Below are positions 62,285 to 64,000 of a stretch of 64,000 nt of DNA, in pieces. How positions within the stretch are numbered: the first letter of the stretch is position 1; each line of letters begins with the position of its first letter. A program made the position numbers and the translations under genes. Where the stretch lies: positions 637-64,636 of the forward strand of contig CAYWJX010000002.1 of NCBI GenBank assembly GCA_964459335.1, written 5' to 3'. Under the pieces are notes generated by a model. That model saw only the letters and a program-made list of their open reading frames with translations, was not told where the DNA came from and did not search any database. This DNA comes from an uncultured Candidatus Saccharibacteria bacterium. GTDB lineage: Bacteria; Patescibacteriota; Minisyncoccia; Phycocordibacterales; SBAW01.

Positions 62285-62677
62285 TTACAGTACCTTACGC
62301 TTTTTCTCCCGTCCGCGTATCTGGCGCTCGTCATAGCCAAAGTGATGCGCGACTTCGTGCCAGATGGTGTCGCGGATAACTTGCCGCACCTCTTTACCTT
62401 CTTGGAGCGCACTTTCTTCAATCGGTTTTTGAAACAGCGTAATAGTGTCGGGTAACGTTGCGCCCACGCCGTAGTAGTCGCCTCGTGCGGTTGCAGGAAC
62501 GCCGTGATATAAACCGAGTAGTGTTTCATTGCGACCCAATCTCTCTTGCTTCCGCAATGTTTGCGAAGGCTCGTCTTCAATCAAAAACGCGACATTGTGC
62601 ATGATGTTGCGGAACTTCTCCGGTATAGCGTTGGGGAACTCCTCCGCAACTAATTGTTCAAATGCATTTTCGGTCAT
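62285..62677 (-). CDS. zinc metallopeptidase-family protein (DUF1025/zincin-like, HExxH)
   Basis: Start ATG 62677 (the ORF-track start 62776 would overlap tRNA-Asp). 130 aa. VAFLIEDEP, LLGLYHG, WHEVAHHFGYDE. Confidence 0.65.
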   Translation of the reverse strand: MTENAFEQLVAEEFPNAIPEKFRNIMHNVAFLIEDEPSQTLRKQERLGRNETLLGLYHGVPATARGDYYGVGATLPDTITLFQKPIEESALQEGKEVRQVIRDTIWHEVAHHFGYDERQIRGREKKRKVL

Positions 62678-62749
62678 GGGTTGGGGTGTGGGGTATTGAT
62701 ATGGAATTAGTCGGGTATCAATAGTGTGTGACCAAAGAAAATCTCTATG

Positions 62750-62823
62750 CGCGAGAGACGGGACTTGAACCCGCAACCTCTGCCGTGACAGGGCAGCGCT
62801 CTAACCAGTTGAGCTACTCCCGC
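62750..62823 (-). tRNA. tRNA-Asp (anticodon GUC)
   Basis: Reverse complement GCGGGAGTAGCTCAACTGGTTAGAGCGCTGCCCTGTCACGGCAGAGGTTGCGGGTTCAAGTCCCGTCTCTCGCG. Anticodon loop CTGTCAC. Confidence 0.9.
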
Positions 62824-62950
62824 ATATGGTGCGGAAACATGCAGATTGTAGCGTAAAAACACCTTTTTTCCAACTCGGCAGGGCACAAAGAGCGGTTGAA
62901 AAAAACCTGCAAATACGTTACTCTGCGGAGGTTCTCGTAATGTTTGTGAA

Positions 62951-63023
62951 GCCGAAGTAGCTCAGATGGTAGAGCAACTCCATGGTAAGGAGTAGGTCGC
63001 CGGTCCGATTCCGGCCTTCGGCT
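62951..63023 (+). tRNA. tRNA-Thr (anticodon GGU); atypical T-loop
   Basis: GCCGAAG...ACTCC-ATGGTAA-GGAGT...GCCGG-TCCGATT-CCGGC-CTTCGGC-T. Position 55 is C. Confidence 0.8.
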
Positions 63024-63066
63024 CCCGATTTTAATCGGAATGCCAAAAAAGAAATAAGAGGTGCAA

Positions 63067-63139
63067 GCCGGAGTAGCTCAGTTGGTAGAGCGAGGGTATC
63101 GTAAACCCTAGGTCGTCGGTTCAATCCCGACCTCCGGCT
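63067..63139 (+). tRNA. tRNA-Thr (anticodon CGU)
   Basis: GCCGGAG...AGGGT-ATCGTAA-ACCCT...GTCGG-TTCAATC-CCGAC-CTCCGGC-T. Confidence 0.88.
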
Positions 63140-63200
63140 CAAAGTGTTGGATACATAAAAAAGGCCGCGGGTCCCTTTTGGGATTCCGCGGCTTCGACGT

Positions 63201-63770
63201 TTAGACTGCTCGCAAAATCAACTCTCGATGTTGGGGGAGGAAATCAACCATCCCGTCGAGCTCGTAGATATTGAACGCCATTGTATCAATTTCTTCGTTT
63301 GAGTCGCCTGTTAAATGCTTGCCAGAGAGGGACATCACCACCTTGTCTGTTGTAAGAATTCCCCAAAAGTGACGGCGATGAGGAAATCTGCCAGACACCA
63401 TGTGGGGAGGAACAAATTGAGTCAACCCCTTAACTCTAGCGTCGGTGGCAAGATTTATTGTTGTGCCACCGGAGCTTGGAGGGATGTCTAACTTGAGGCC
63501 GGCTTCTTCTTCGACGGCGCGACATATAGCCCTCGCAATAACCTCGTTGGGTTCCATCGTCTCCGACACCAGCTTCCAATAATGCGGAAGGGGTTTTGTT
63601 GTTTCTTTGATGAGGAGAATTTTAGTCTCCCCGACAATTGCCACCACCATAACGTTGTTACTTACTGGGTCAGTCGGTTTAAAACACAAGGTACGTCTCC
63701 GCGTATTTGAGTTCTGAAAATCCGAAGGACTTTCCGCGAAGAACCATACCTGATTTGTAGTAAAAGTCAA
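63201..63770 (-). CDS. NUDIX-hydrolase-like protein
   Basis: 189 aa (TTG start; the internal Met at MVVAIVGE is an alternative). Degenerate Nudix box ...EPNEVIARAICRAVEEEAGL. Confidence 0.5.
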   Translation of the reverse strand: MTFTTNQVWFFAESPSDFQNSNTRRRTLCFKPTDPVSNNVMVVAIVGETKILLIKETTKPLPHYWKLVSETMEPNEVIARAICRAVEEEAGLKLDIPPSSGGTTINLATDARVKGLTQFVPPHMVSGRFPHRRHFWGILTTDKVVMSLSGKHLTGDSNEEIDTMAFNIYELDGMVDFLPQHRELILRAV

Positions 63771-63791
63771 GTGCTTGTATACTCCTTATAT

Positions 63792-64000
63792 ATGAGCGCC
63801 GAGCGTATAAAGGAGATAGAGGCCGCTATGGAGCAGTCCGACTTTTGGCAAAACCCCGCCGAGGCGCAGGCGCTTATCAAAGAGCTCCAAGATTTAAAGG
63901 TTGAGGCCGAGGGCGGCAGTGCCTACGACCGCGGCAGTGCCATCATCACCGTGGTGGCGGGAGCAGGCGGCGATGATGCCGAGGATTTTGCGCGGATGCT
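63792..64000 (+). CDS. prfB: peptide chain release factor 2, N-terminal 69 codons (continues past window end)
   Basis: Hand translation: MSAERIKEIEAAMEQSDFWQNPAEAQALIKELQDLKVEAEGGSAYDRGSAIITVVAGAGGDDAEDFARM. DFWqnPaeAQal and AGAGGddAeDFArML parallel the RF2 DVWnePerAQal / AGSGGtEAqDWAsML. A TATACT box ends 8 nt upstream. Confidence 0.75.
   Translation, partial: MSAERIKEIEAAMEQSDFWQNPAEAQALIKELQDLKVEAEGGSAYDRGSAIITVVAGAGGDDAEDFARM

Noticed and set aside
62918-63142. 74-aa minus-strand ORF
   Set aside because: It is entirely made of the reverse complement of two tRNA-Thr genes and their spacer.

Overview
High-GC bacterial chromosome segment (about 55-60% GC by eye, not computed) with compact gene packing. 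The content suggests a Candidate Phyla Radiation/Patescibacteria-type organism; this is inference. Supporting features are a secretin-less type IV pilus/competence cluster, class III RNR, partial lower glycolysis, many secreted proteins of unknown function, and few Shine-Dalgarno sites.

Gene order: recG (partial), malic enzyme, S53 peptidase, then tRNA-Ser(GCU) carrying a 4.5-kb low-GC island. Next come a polysaccharide synthase/deacetylase surface-glycan cluster, a 2-hydroxyacid dehydrogenase, gpmA, ppsA and eno, then a NYN-domain gene and a 1220-aa tail-fibre-like surface protein. These are followed by nrdD-nrdG-nifS-nifU-FNR, and an ECF sigma/anti-sigma pair with an FMN_bind-ApbE-FMN_bind-RnfD::FNR flavinylation cluster and a VIT transporter. 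After comFC sits a 14-kb type IV pilus locus (pilM...pilD plus minor pilins) interrupted by a low-GC insert. The window ends with ligA, gatCA, five further tRNAs and prfB (partial).

Most notable observations:
- The tRNA-Ser island is bounded by a perfect 177-bp direct repeat plus 12-bp inverted repeats. It has no recombinase and carries R-M, LexA/S24 and DUF2130 cargo.
- A C10 tract separates a leaderless start and signal peptide from the tail-fibre-like ORF, making a phase-variation candidate.
- The flavin-transfer cluster has a signal-less ApbE.
- An in-frame TGA splits a membrane-protein gene although TGA is otherwise a stop.
- -10 boxes recur 6-9 nt upstream of start codons, implying leaderless mRNAs.

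All calls rest on reading the sequence and ORF translations. No database search was run.
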